This document shows positions 39,528 through 48,023 of a DNA stretch of 64,000 nucleotides, one piece after another. The DNA lies in assembly GCA_905233945.1 (NCBI GenBank), contig CAJOFY010000005.1, forward strand, positions 14,698 through 78,697. Direction: 5' to 3'. Each line of letters starts with the position of its first letter. Within the stretch, counting starts at the first letter, position 1. Position numbers and translations under genes: made by a program. A model generated the notes under the pieces. It ran no database searches. It saw only the letters and a list, made by a program, of their open reading frames with translations, and was not told where the DNA came from. This stretch comes from an uncultured bacterium. Its GTDB lineage: Bacteria; UBP6; UBA1177.

Positions 39528-40559
39528 TTAAATTTTTTCTTCCAATATTCCGCTAACCAATTTGCGCAGTTCCTCACGGTTTGGCAAATACAGTTCATAT
39601 TTTGAGACAAACAGATTGCTGTCCATTCCATAAGTTGTATACTCAACAAGCAGTTCATCTTTGTTGTGACTCAGAATAATTCCTATAGGCGGATTGTCGT
39701 TCGGTTCGTTTTCTTCCTTTGCAAAATAGCCCATATACATGTTCATTTGCCCGATATCTTCGTGTTTTACTGAATTTTTCTTTAAATCAATCAGCACAAA
39801 GCACTTCAAAATCCGGTGATAAAAAACCAAATCCACATGATAATGAACATTGTTTATTGTAATCGGATACTGCCGTCCGATGAACGCGAACCCTTTACCG
39901 AGTTCAAGCAGAAAGGTTTGAAGATTGTCAATAATCCGCTGTTCCAGATCACTTTCGGAATAACGCTCCATTTCAGGAAGTCCAAGAAATTCAAGCGTGT
40001 ATGTGTCTTTTACGACATCCATTGGTTTTTGAATTTCAATGCCTGTTTTTGCCAGTTCAAGAATTCCTTCCTTGTCTTTGCTTGCCGCAAGTCTCAAAAA
40101 CAGACCGGAATCCATCTGGCGGCGGAGGGAACGGACATCCCAGTTTTCTTTCACACATTCTTTTTCGTAAAAACTACGTTCAAGATCATCGTCTATTGTT
40201 ATTAACTCGCAGATATGGCTCCATGTTAATTTGTCAGAAGTCTGACAAAGTGGATATAGCAGGTAAAACTTCCGCATATTATTGAGATTTGGGCGGCTGT
40301 AACCTCTTCCCAAACGCATTGTCAGAATTTTAGCAAGATTTGTCAGCATTGAAGTTCCGTATTTAGCCTTTTTTCCACCGTCCTGCTCGAACTCGACAAT
40401 GTGATGTCCAACAGACCAATAAGTCTTGACCATGACGGCACTTATATTAAGTGCAAGACACGATTTTGTGAGATTCACTTCGTCAACAATAGTATTGGCA
40501 AGAACATTCAGTCTTTCATTTGTTTGAATTTCATCGTTTTTTACAAGTTCTTTATTCAT
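39528..40559 (-). CDS. YhcG-family PD-(D/E)xK nuclease (DUF1016)
   Basis: N-terminal GRGYSRPNLNNMRKFYLLYP (DUF1016_N-like) and C-terminal D...LIDLK PD-(D/E)xK motif. Confidence 0.65.
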   Translation of the reverse strand: MNKELVKNDEIQTNERLNVLANTIVDEVNLTKSCLALNISAVMVKTYWSVGHHIVEFEQDGGKKAKYGTSMLTNLAKILTMRLGRGYSRPNLNNMRKFYLLYPLCQTSDKLTWSHICELITIDDDLERSFYEKECVKENWDVRSLRRQMDSGLFLRLAASKDKEGILELAKTGIEIQKPMDVVKDTYTLEFLGLPEMERYSESDLEQRIIDNLQTFLLELGKGFAFIGRQYPITINNVHYHVDLVFYHRILKCFVLIDLKKNSVKHEDIGQMNMYMGYFAKEENEPNDNPPIGIILSHNKDELLVEYTTYGMDSNLFVSKYELYLPNREELRKLVSGILEEKI

Positions 40560-40606
40560 TTATATTTCCTCCAAGCATTCATGGTGGTCATTGGGGTTTG
40601 CTTACT
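40555..40606 (-). repeat. Conserved gene-leader repeat, copy 3
   Basis: TTCATTTATATTTCCTCCAAGCATTCATGGTGGTCATTGGGGTTTGC. Confidence 0.8.
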
Positions 40607-42041
40607 CTCTTTCTTTTACCAGTGAATAAGTTCTGTTCTTGTTCGCACCGTTGGCAACAATTTTTCCCTCTTCAACAAGTTCGGAAAGATAATCCTTTGT
40701 TCTCGATAGTTTAAGCCCGATATACAGCGAAATATCCTGTGTTTTGGCCTCGGTGTTATCTTTTAGATATTCCAGAATCTTATCTTTAAATTTTATCGCC
40801 GATTTATCGCCGATTTTAGTATTTATCACCGATTTATCGCCGACTTCAGTATTTATCGCCGATTTATCGCCGATTTTGGTGTAAGAGGGACGATAAAAAT
40901 TCACCCGCAGCATATCGCCGATTTCTAAGAACTCAGGTCTTTTGACGCCGTATTCATCACATTGAGAAAAAATGCGCTTAAATCCGGTTCCCCAGCCTTC
41001 AACAACATCTATTTTTTCTAAAGTGCGTGCAAGCGTCCTGTTTCTGACAGAAGAGCGGCCTGACAAGGCTTCTTCCAGTGTCAAAGAACCATATATGCTG
41101 CCGGGAGAAGAAATCTCGACTCTGTCGTCATAAACTGCGACCTGAACACTGGAACTCATCTGGTAGTTGCGGTGGATCACAGCATTTATGATAAGCTCGC
41201 GGATGGCTTTAGGCGGAAGTTCGTATCTTTCTTTGCGGACAATACCGTCTATTTCCACAGCCATGCTGAGATAGTTCAAAACGAATTTATATGCGCCGTC
41301 TATCTGCTCGCAAAGCGGTCCTTCATATTCCTTTTTATCAAGAAAATCGACGCGTTCCGTCCCTCTGAATCTTGCACACTGAATGCGTGAAGTATAGTCA
41401 TGTTTTCCCAGAAGAATAGCGTAAGCATTTGTCGCGATATCCTGCTTGATGCTGGTGAAAAGATTCAAGTTTTTCAATTCGTTCTTTGTGATTTTTCTCT
41501 CGGCGCGTTCCGAAAAATCCTTGCAGAGATATTTGATATCAGAAGCTTCAACTTTCAGTGAAGTAAACGGCAGTTCGTCATAATAAACATGGCGGCCACG
41601 GTTTGAAAGTTCATCCAAAGCCGTCCAGTCAGCATTGCGAGTCGTCGCTCCGCGCCTGATATAAGTTCCGTTTTCCTTACCCTGCGATTTCACATAATAC
41701 GGCGTGGCGTTTCCCGGAAAAACAGTTACAACAAGAAGCTGTGCGTTTTCGATGTTTTCAGCCGTTATGTCGAACATGATCTGCGGCTCGCATGTGTGGG
41801 CGATAGTGTCGGCAATACTGTCTTTCAGCTCGAACAGATCAATACTTTTCGGAATTCCGACAAATTCCCGCTTGTCATTCACGCCGATCACGAACTTGCC
41901 GCCAGCTCCGTTCGCAAAAGCGACAATTGTTTTCACCCATTTCCGCGCATCCTGCGGAAGTTCCTGCTTAAATTCAAGAGTTCGGCTCTCGCCGGATTTT
42001 ATTTCATCGAGTAAGGTCATTGTGTTTTGCTCCATTTTCAA
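40602..42041 (-). CDS. Schlafen-like AlbA_2 (divergent AAA) + HATPase_c_4 ATP-binding protein with C-terminal wHTH, paralog 1
   Basis: N-terminal ESRTLEFKQELP...IVAFANGAGGKFVIGV AlbA_2 signature; central ELIINAVIHRNY histidine-kinase-like ATPase; 3x10-aa tandem peptide repeat before wHTH. Confidence 0.65.
   Translation of the reverse strand: MKMEQNTMTLLDEIKSGESRTLEFKQELPQDARKWVKTIVAFANGAGGKFVIGVNDKREFVGIPKSIDLFELKDSIADTIAHTCEPQIMFDITAENIENAQLLVVTVFPGNATPYYVKSQGKENGTYIRRGATTRNADWTALDELSNRGRHVYYDELPFTSLKVEASDIKYLCKDFSERAERKITKNELKNLNLFTSIKQDIATNAYAILLGKHDYTSRIQCARFRGTERVDFLDKKEYEGPLCEQIDGAYKFVLNYLSMAVEIDGIVRKERYELPPKAIRELIINAVIHRNYQMSSSVQVAVYDDRVEISSPGSIYGSLTLEEALSGRSSVRNRTLARTLEKIDVVEGWGTGFKRIFSQCDEYGVKRPEFLEIGDMLRVNFYRPSYTKIGDKSAINTEVGDKSVINTKIGDKSAIKFKDKILEYLKDNTEAKTQDISLYIGLKLSRTKDYLSELVEEGKIVANGANKNRTYSLVKERE
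40793..40882 (-). repeat. 3 x 30-bp in-frame tandem repeat (KIGDKSAINT units) inside paralog 1
   Basis: TTTATCGCCGATTTATCGCCGATTTTAGTA x3 with minor variation. Confidence 0.85.
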
Positions 42042-42202
42042 ACAATCTCAGCAAAATTTACTGTATTTCCCCAAAAAATCAAATTGAATTTTGCGGTATT
42101 TCGACTTGATTTTAGAGAATCATTCTCAAACGAAGGATTTGTGAAAATATAAATGAAATCTTTGTCTTTGCTGTCCATTTTCAACCCGCACTTAAAACAT
42201 TT

Positions 42203-45200
42203 TTACTTCTTGAACTCCAAATATTCCGCGTATTTTTGCGCCATAAGATTTTTGATGTAACTTTCCATATACGCATAATCGGGCTTACCTGCGGAATCTA
42301 CAGGAAGAATAAGCTGATAAGAAGACAACCTGCTTTGTGTTATAGAATGAGCATGACCGAATCTGTCTGCTTGTTGAGAAATAATTTTACTTAAAAAAAT
42401 AAGTTGAAATTTATTCAACACCTGTTTGTGATATAAAATCGTAACATGAGAATCAACTGCCATAAAAGCGGGTTGATAATAAGCAAGTCCAGCTCCTCCA
42501 TCTCCATCATTATTTAAAGATATGCAGTTTCCTTCAAAATGTTTCTTGGAGTTTTGTGAAACAAACGCTTTTAAGCCATTATTTATTTTTTTGGCAGAGA
42601 TTAAAGGAATTTTACCTTCCTCAAGGACATTCATATTATTTTGATTTCCTTTTTTAAACATAAACAAGTTTGTTATTGGAAACGCCTTCCATTCCTTATC
42701 CTCAAGTTTTTCTATTTTGGGATTTACTTTTCCTTGGGTAGTCTTGAGGCATTCACTCAGCCGTTTTGTGGCAAAGCCCCGATATTCTTTAATTTTATGA
42801 TCTTCAAGTTCTTTTATATATGATTCCATGAAATTGTAGTCTATTTCACCTTTTGAATTTACAGGGAGGATGATATTCTGTGCTCTCATACGGTTTTCAT
42901 TGAATTTATACGCATATAAAAATTTAGATTTTTGTTGCAGGATATTTGTTTTCATAAATAACAAGGAAAATTTATTATCTTTCCAGTTTCTTAGATGAAA
43001 TCTTTTCACGTCATCTGAAAAAATGCATTCATAAGGATGATAGAAGTTCTCAACAACACTGCCGTTATAATTTACGCCAAGAACATTTTTATCAAGGGAC
43101 TTATTTTCATTTGACACGAAATTGGTGATCCCATTGTTTGAATCAGAGGCTCCGATAAAAGGTCTTTCTCCTTGTTTCATCTCTGATGCCACAAGGCGTT
43201 TTCCCGCTTTTATCTCAAAAATATCAGTAAGTTTCGATTCTTTCCAATCTCGACTTGTCAGTTCTTTTTTAAAGTTTTTTTTTACGTTTTCCGAATTATT
43301 ATCGTCTTCAAAAAGATATTTTCTACCTTGCATGATCATTGAAAACTCAAAAGTAAGGTAATCTCCGACAGTCTTTTCAAAATCCTTGTCGGTAGGAATC
43401 TCGTCATTGAAATAATAAAAACTGTGCAGCCATTCATCTTCCGCTGTGATTGCCGTTTTTACGCAGAACTTCGTCGGAGCTTCAATGCGGTTAAACCACA
43501 CATCAAGCAAATGCTGCCTTTTGTCTTTTGCGCTCTCTGTCTCCAAAAGCCCGATATGCGGAGACACCTTAAAGCCGTCATCCTCAAAATTCACGAATTT
43601 GCATATCTTCTCTTTGTCATGCGGTACCCCAGCTGTAAAAACAGCAATGCACGGAATTACGCCGATTCCATAAAAGGTATCTTTCTGAAGCATAATCGTT
43701 CCTTCGAGCGTGTGCTTTTTCAAAATCGAATTTTTTATCTGCTGTTCTTCCTTTGATTTTCCGGTCATTGAACTTTGAGGAACTATCACGGCACATCTTG
43801 AATTTGGAAGAAGTGAATCCAAAAGATGTTCCGTAAAAGCAATTTCATAAAGACTCGGATCTTTTTTTGTTCCCTGAGAATAAGGCGGATTCAACATTCC
43901 GACTGTTGCTCTGAAGTCTGTCTGAAGCTGTTTCGGATTTTTAGCAAGAAAATCATCACAGTGCAAATTGCTTTTGCCGTCGCCTCGAAGAATCATGTTT
44001 GTTGTCGCTACAGTGAACATATCCGGACGAAGCTCTATTCCGAACAATTGATTTTTACGGATATGCTGTTGTTCACTTTCTTTTGTACTTTGCGAAAGCA
44101 TTTTATGAAGCGCAGCGACAAGAAAACCGCCTGTTCCGCAGCACGGGTCAAAAATTCTGTCGGTAGTTTTCAAATCAAGCAAATCGCAGAAAAGTTCCGT
44201 AATATGGCGTGGAGTAAGAACTATTCCTAAAGTTTGACCACTACCACCGGAATAGCGCATAAACTCGCCGTAAAAACGACCAAGATAATCCTCAGCCGAT
44301 TTTGTATATTTGATTGACTTATAAAGTTTTTCGTCCAGAAACTTTGCAAAGAATTTCAGCGGAGTTTCGCCAAGAGTCGCATTTTTTTCGTTTAACTTTG
44401 TACTGTCTTTTATGATTGCGAACTGCGAAAGAATTTTATCGATTTTTGTTATCGGCGATAAATCCGTTCTTTTGAAACTTGATTCAATCGCATTGTAAAT
44501 TTTCTGTCCGTCGGTTACGAAAGAGTCTCCGTTTAGTGAATCTATGCTGAAATTTCCATGGTCACGCTCACGCAAAGCAAGAAGAATTCCCGAAACAACA
44601 AGCGGTTTTTCTTCATCTTTCATATTACCGTAGTTTCTCAAATGCTCGTGCAATACTTTTGCATCCGCCAAGATCTCTTCCAGTTCTTTTTCTTTGTCGC
44701 TCGATTCCTTCAAGACATCGCAAAGATAATACTCGTCGATATTTTTTTCATTAAACGAAATAAAAGATTCAACATCTTCAAGCTGGTCAAACAGATTTTG
44801 CCTGTCATCAACAAAAAGCGGAGTAATCCGATGATTTTTTTCATTTCCGGAAACTCCTAAAGCAAAAACTTTTTTATAAGTCGTATTCTGAATCAAATGT
44901 TTCGCATAGAACAACGCGCCGTTCACGGCAAACTCAACAACATCTTTAGTCTCAAGGCTGATAAGTTTATTTGAATCGTATTTCACATGATTTTCGAGTT
45001 TCGGCTTATCTTCAATTACAATAATAAAATCTTTTACAACGCCCACATATTCAGGAAAACCGACTTTGCCAGTGCCGCGTTTTGACGCTGTTTTTAAAGC
45101 CTCATCAATTTCTTTTATTTCGCTTCCCTGTGCATCTAATTCTATTCCGGCTTCTTTCAGTAAATCGTGAACCCACAAATCGGTTTTAACTTCTTTTTTT

Positions 45201-45205
45201 GCCAT
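42203..45205 (-). CDS. Single-chain restriction-modification protein: N-terminal putative PD-ExK nuclease + HsdM-like N6-adenine methyltransferase + two HsdS-type target-recognition domains (Type IIB/IIG-like)
   Basis: MTase motifs LGIVLTPRHITELFCDLL, FDPCCGTGGFL, MLNPPYS; two TRDs each followed by conserved helix (DYNFMESYIKEL / DYAYMESYIKNL); N-terminal FPEYVGVVKDFIIVIEDK possible nuclease motif. Confidence 0.7.
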   Translation of the reverse strand: MAKKEVKTDLWVHDLLKEAGIELDAQGSEIKEIDEALKTASKRGTGKVGFPEYVGVVKDFIIVIEDKPKLENHVKYDSNKLISLETKDVVEFAVNGALFYAKHLIQNTTYKKVFALGVSGNEKNHRITPLFVDDRQNLFDQLEDVESFISFNEKNIDEYYLCDVLKESSDKEKELEEILADAKVLHEHLRNYGNMKDEEKPLVVSGILLALRERDHGNFSIDSLNGDSFVTDGQKIYNAIESSFKRTDLSPITKIDKILSQFAIIKDSTKLNEKNATLGETPLKFFAKFLDEKLYKSIKYTKSAEDYLGRFYGEFMRYSGGSGQTLGIVLTPRHITELFCDLLDLKTTDRIFDPCCGTGGFLVAALHKMLSQSTKESEQQHIRKNQLFGIELRPDMFTVATTNMILRGDGKSNLHCDDFLAKNPKQLQTDFRATVGMLNPPYSQGTKKDPSLYEIAFTEHLLDSLLPNSRCAVIVPQSSMTGKSKEEQQIKNSILKKHTLEGTIMLQKDTFYGIGVIPCIAVFTAGVPHDKEKICKFVNFEDDGFKVSPHIGLLETESAKDKRQHLLDVWFNRIEAPTKFCVKTAITAEDEWLHSFYYFNDEIPTDKDFEKTVGDYLTFEFSMIMQGRKYLFEDDNNSENVKKNFKKELTSRDWKESKLTDIFEIKAGKRLVASEMKQGERPFIGASDSNNGITNFVSNENKSLDKNVLGVNYNGSVVENFYHPYECIFSDDVKRFHLRNWKDNKFSLLFMKTNILQQKSKFLYAYKFNENRMRAQNIILPVNSKGEIDYNFMESYIKELEDHKIKEYRGFATKRLSECLKTTQGKVNPKIEKLEDKEWKAFPITNLFMFKKGNQNNMNVLEEGKIPLISAKKINNGLKAFVSQNSKKHFEGNCISLNNDGDGGAGLAYYQPAFMAVDSHVTILYHKQVLNKFQLIFLSKIISQQADRFGHAHSITQSRLSSYQLILPVDSAGKPDYAYMESYIKNLMAQKYAEYLEFKK

Positions 45206-45304
45206 GCTAAACTCTCCTTGACAACCAAAACCTGCTGGTTGCTATGTACTATAAAAAATCCCCTTTCTTATTTCAATAGCGTAAATATCTAATTTTATTG
45301 AATG

Positions 45305-45360
45305 ATTTTGAAATTTGGATGTTAGACAATCTTGACTCGGAGAATGAGAAAATGCGTTGT
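45305..45360. repeat. Intergenic repeat R1 copy A (TTGAAATTTGGATGTTAGACAATCTTGACTCGGAGAATGAGAAAATGCG)
   Basis: ~85% identical to 46940-47000. Confidence 0.7.
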
Positions 45361-45411
45361 TAATGTACTGATATTTTTAACGACAAATAATAAATCGTAA
45401 AAACATAAGCT

Positions 45412-46866
45412 TCAGATCTTTTTGTTTAGAATATATGTTCTATTGCGGTTTGCACCTTTTGCTATAATTTTACCGGATTCAACAAGGTCATATAGATAGA
45501 ATTTTGTCTGCGTAGCCTTCAAACCGAGCATTTCGCTGAGTTCTTTCAAAGCGCACTCTTCGTGGTTTTCCAAATATTCGAGGATAAGTGATTTAGCGTT
45601 CCTTTTTGTCGTCGGTTTATCGTCGGTTTCTGGTTTTGTCGTCGGTTTATCGTCGGTTTTTGGTTTTGTCGTCGGTTTATCGTCGGTTTTTCGGTAAATA
45701 TTCGTGCGGATTGCAATTTCCATATCAATAAATTCAGGCTCGGCAAGACCGGAATCTTTAAGCGAATCTATAATTCGCGGAATTCCTGTTCCCCATTGCT
45801 CTATCAAGCGCATATAATGAAAAGCATTGGCTATAGCCTCGTTGCGGACTTTGGAAAACCCCTGTTTCATACGTTCAATTGTTATTCCTTTAGGCAGTCC
45901 GCCGGGAGAAGTGATTTCAAGCCGGTCATCAAAAATCGCAATCTGAATATGGGATACTTCAAGATAACTGCGGTGAAGAACAGCATTTATGATCAATTCG
46001 CGAATCGCTGTCGGAGGAATTTCATAGACATCCTGCCTGAAAAGCCCTTTTATTTCAGCACCAAGATGGATGTTGCGCAGAACAAAACTGTAAGCATCTT
46101 CAATCTGCTGCTGAATCGGACCAGTAAACTCCCGTCGGTCAACAAACACACTTCTGTCGGTTCCTTTAAAAACCGCACACTGTATTTTCGCGCACCACAA
46201 CGAATTTTTTGAAAGCAGATCAAAAGCATTCGTCCTGCAAAGCCTGCCGTTGTTTTCATATAAAAGTTGCCACGAAAGCAGATTGTTCTTTGTCAGCGGT
46301 TTAATATTCCGCCTCTGTTCGTCAGTTTTGCAGTTTTTAATTGCTGTCGCTTTCAAAGAATTGCAAAAAGATCGAAGTTCTTTTTCCAAAACAAACTTTT
46401 CACGCTGAACCGTTCTATCAAAACCCGTGTTTGAACCTTCAAACATCAGAGCTCTAATGGTGTCTCTGTCAGCAAGCCGCGTAGTTGCGGAAAGACGCAC
46501 GAAACAACCGTTTTCAAGCCCCAAAGACTTTATGTAGTAAGGCGTGTGCTCACCCGGATAAATTTGTGCGACAATAACCGTTTTATTCTGTAAAGTCTGC
46601 AAAGAAACATCACACATAATCTGCGGCATACAGTTGTCGTAAATCATATTGGAAACAGAATCGGCCGTTTTAAAAAGATTATCACTCTCTATCCCGACAA
46701 CATCATGCGTCTCATCATCTATTCCGAAAATAATCCGCCCTCCGTGCCCGTTTGCAAAAGCGACAACTGTTTTCAAAAATTTTATATGGTCATCCGGAAT
46801 CTGCCGCTTGTATTCCAGAGTGTTTGATTCAGGTTCTATTTTTGAAAAAATTTGATTTTTGATCAT
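45412..46866 (-). CDS. Schlafen-like AlbA_2 + HATPase_c_4 ATP-binding protein with C-terminal wHTH, paralog 2
   Basis: Same architecture as 40602..42041 (~35% identity); 3x10-aa tandem repeat TDDKPTTKP(K/E). Confidence 0.65.
   Translation of the reverse strand: MIKNQIFSKIEPESNTLEYKRQIPDDHIKFLKTVVAFANGHGGRIIFGIDDETHDVVGIESDNLFKTADSVSNMIYDNCMPQIMCDVSLQTLQNKTVIVAQIYPGEHTPYYIKSLGLENGCFVRLSATTRLADRDTIRALMFEGSNTGFDRTVQREKFVLEKELRSFCNSLKATAIKNCKTDEQRRNIKPLTKNNLLSWQLLYENNGRLCRTNAFDLLSKNSLWCAKIQCAVFKGTDRSVFVDRREFTGPIQQQIEDAYSFVLRNIHLGAEIKGLFRQDVYEIPPTAIRELIINAVLHRSYLEVSHIQIAIFDDRLEITSPGGLPKGITIERMKQGFSKVRNEAIANAFHYMRLIEQWGTGIPRIIDSLKDSGLAEPEFIDMEIAIRTNIYRKTDDKPTTKPKTDDKPTTKPETDDKPTTKRNAKSLILEYLENHEECALKELSEMLGLKATQTKFYLYDLVESGKIIAKGANRNRTYILNKKI
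45605..45692 (-). repeat. 3 x 30-bp in-frame tandem repeat (TDDKPTTKPx units) inside paralog 2
   Basis: GGTTTTGTCGTCGGTTTATCGTCGGTTTTT x3. Confidence 0.85.
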
Positions 46867-46879
46867 ATTTAGCTCCTCA

Positions 46880-47000
46880 AAAAAACAAAAACTCGAATAT
46901 TATAATAAATATTTTTGAAAATTGAAGAAAAATTTATCAATTTTGAAATTTAAATGTTAGACAATGTTGAGTCGGAAAATAATGAAATGCGATCTGCGAT
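46880..47000. repeat. Intergenic repeats R2 copy A (46880-46945) and R1 copy B (46940-47000)
   Basis: R2 copy A ~95% identical to 47797-47860; both precede minus-strand gene starts and contain TTCAAT-N16-TATAAT promoter-like elements on minus strand. Confidence 0.7.
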
Positions 47001-47083
47001 TGCGGAAAAACTTATTTTATTGAGCGGATTTTTATGAATTAATTTTGGTTGTGTTTAACTGTGTTTATATTTGCAGGAAAAAA

Positions 47084-47371
47084 TCAGTTGTTCTGCGGAA
47101 GGAATTCGATCTTGAGTTTCATTCCCATTCCGGTGGCAAGACGTTGCAGTGTTCTGAGTGAGGGATTGGCGTTGCCTTTTTCTATTCTGCTGATGTCGCC
47201 TTGTGCGATACCGGTGCGTTCGGAAAGTTCCTTCTGGGTGAGTCCCGATTGCTTGCGGGCATCGATAATCGCCTGAATTACGGCGTGTTCCGGCTGAAGA
47301 AGCTCGTATTCCGCCTTAAAATCGGGGTTTTTTAGCTGTTCTTTGAGGAAATCGTTAAATTTTTCGCCCAT
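47084..47371 (-). CDS. higA: HigA-family antitoxin (XRE HTH)
   Basis: LTQKELSERTGIAQGDISRIEKG helix-turn-helix; downstream of toxin gene with overlap. Confidence 0.75.
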   Translation of the reverse strand: MGEKFNDFLKEQLKNPDFKAEYELLQPEHAVIQAIIDARKQSGLTQKELSERTGIAQGDISRIEKGNANPSLRTLQRLATGMGMKLKIEFLPQNN

Positions 47372-47726
47372 TTTTATCTCCGTTTCTACGCAAATAATCA
47401 GCTCTGTATTTTTTCGCTCGTTCTATTTCGGCGGCCGGAGTTTTCTGCGTTTTTTTGATAAAACCGTGAGTCAGAACAATCCGCCGGTCAACATAAAAGA
47501 AATAGAAAACTCGCATTGCATTTGTTTCAGCCTGGGCTCTCAGCTCAAAAATCCCGTCCGACAAATATTTGGAATACGGCTCTCTCAAATCGTATCCGTT
47601 ATCCTGCAATATCGAGATCATGTCCGCCATTTTTGCCCTCATTTTGACACCCAGAGAAAGAAGAAAATCTTTTGCCGGCTTGTCACCATTCTCTTTCTCA
47701 TAAAATTCAACTTCAAAATTTGTCAC
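47355..47726 (-). CDS. higB: HigB/Gp49-like RelE/ParE-superfamily toxin
   Basis: Gp49/DUF891-like sequence (FELRAQ...RVFYFF...RIVLTHGFIKKTQKTP); toxin-first arrangement. Confidence 0.65.
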   Translation of the reverse strand: MTNFEVEFYEKENGDKPAKDFLLSLGVKMRAKMADMISILQDNGYDLREPYSKYLSDGIFELRAQAETNAMRVFYFFYVDRRIVLTHGFIKKTQKTPAAEIERAKKYRADYLRRNGDKNGRKI

Positions 47727-47796
47727 TGAACCACTACAAAAAATATTTTATGTGATTTATCCTATTTTGTCAATCTCGATTTTCACATCTTATAAA

Positions 47797-47860
47797 AAAA
47801 CAAAAACTCAAATATTGTAATAAATATTTTTGAAAATTGAAGAAAAATTTATCGATAATT
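47797..47860. repeat. Intergenic repeat R2 copy B upstream of higB
   Basis: AAAAACAAAAACTCAAATATTGTAATAAATATTTTTGAAAATTGAAGAAAAATTTATCGAT. Confidence 0.7.
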
Positions 47861-47932
47861 TATCAACAGCAAACATAATATTCATTGAATGATTCGCAAA
47901 CCGATTTTTACAAATCAGCTGAAAACAAACGA

Positions 47933-47960
47933 TTGAAAACATTTGATTTTGTGATATAAA
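47933..47960 (+). promoter_or_regulatory. Sigma70-like promoter TTGAAA-N16-TATAAA upstream of NRPS gene
   Basis: Hexamers ~65 nt upstream of ATG 48024; RBS AGAGGAG. Confidence 0.45.
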
Positions 47961-48023
47961 CAGCGGTTTTTTAAGGAGTTGCATATAGCAGCACCTGTTG
48001 ATGTATGAAGAGAGGAGTATCAG

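Noticed and set aside
39383-39658. 91-aa ORF spanning the RAYT start and leader repeat
   Set aside because: It overlaps the conserved leader and the RAYT 5' end in the same orientation but a different register, and is an artefact of the leader mini-ORF reading through.
40793-45692. Tandem 30-bp repeats at 40793-40882 and 45605-45692 considered as CRISPR arrays
   Set aside because: The units are contiguous with no spacers, are in-frame within long ORFs, and encode decapeptide repeats. No cas genes are present.
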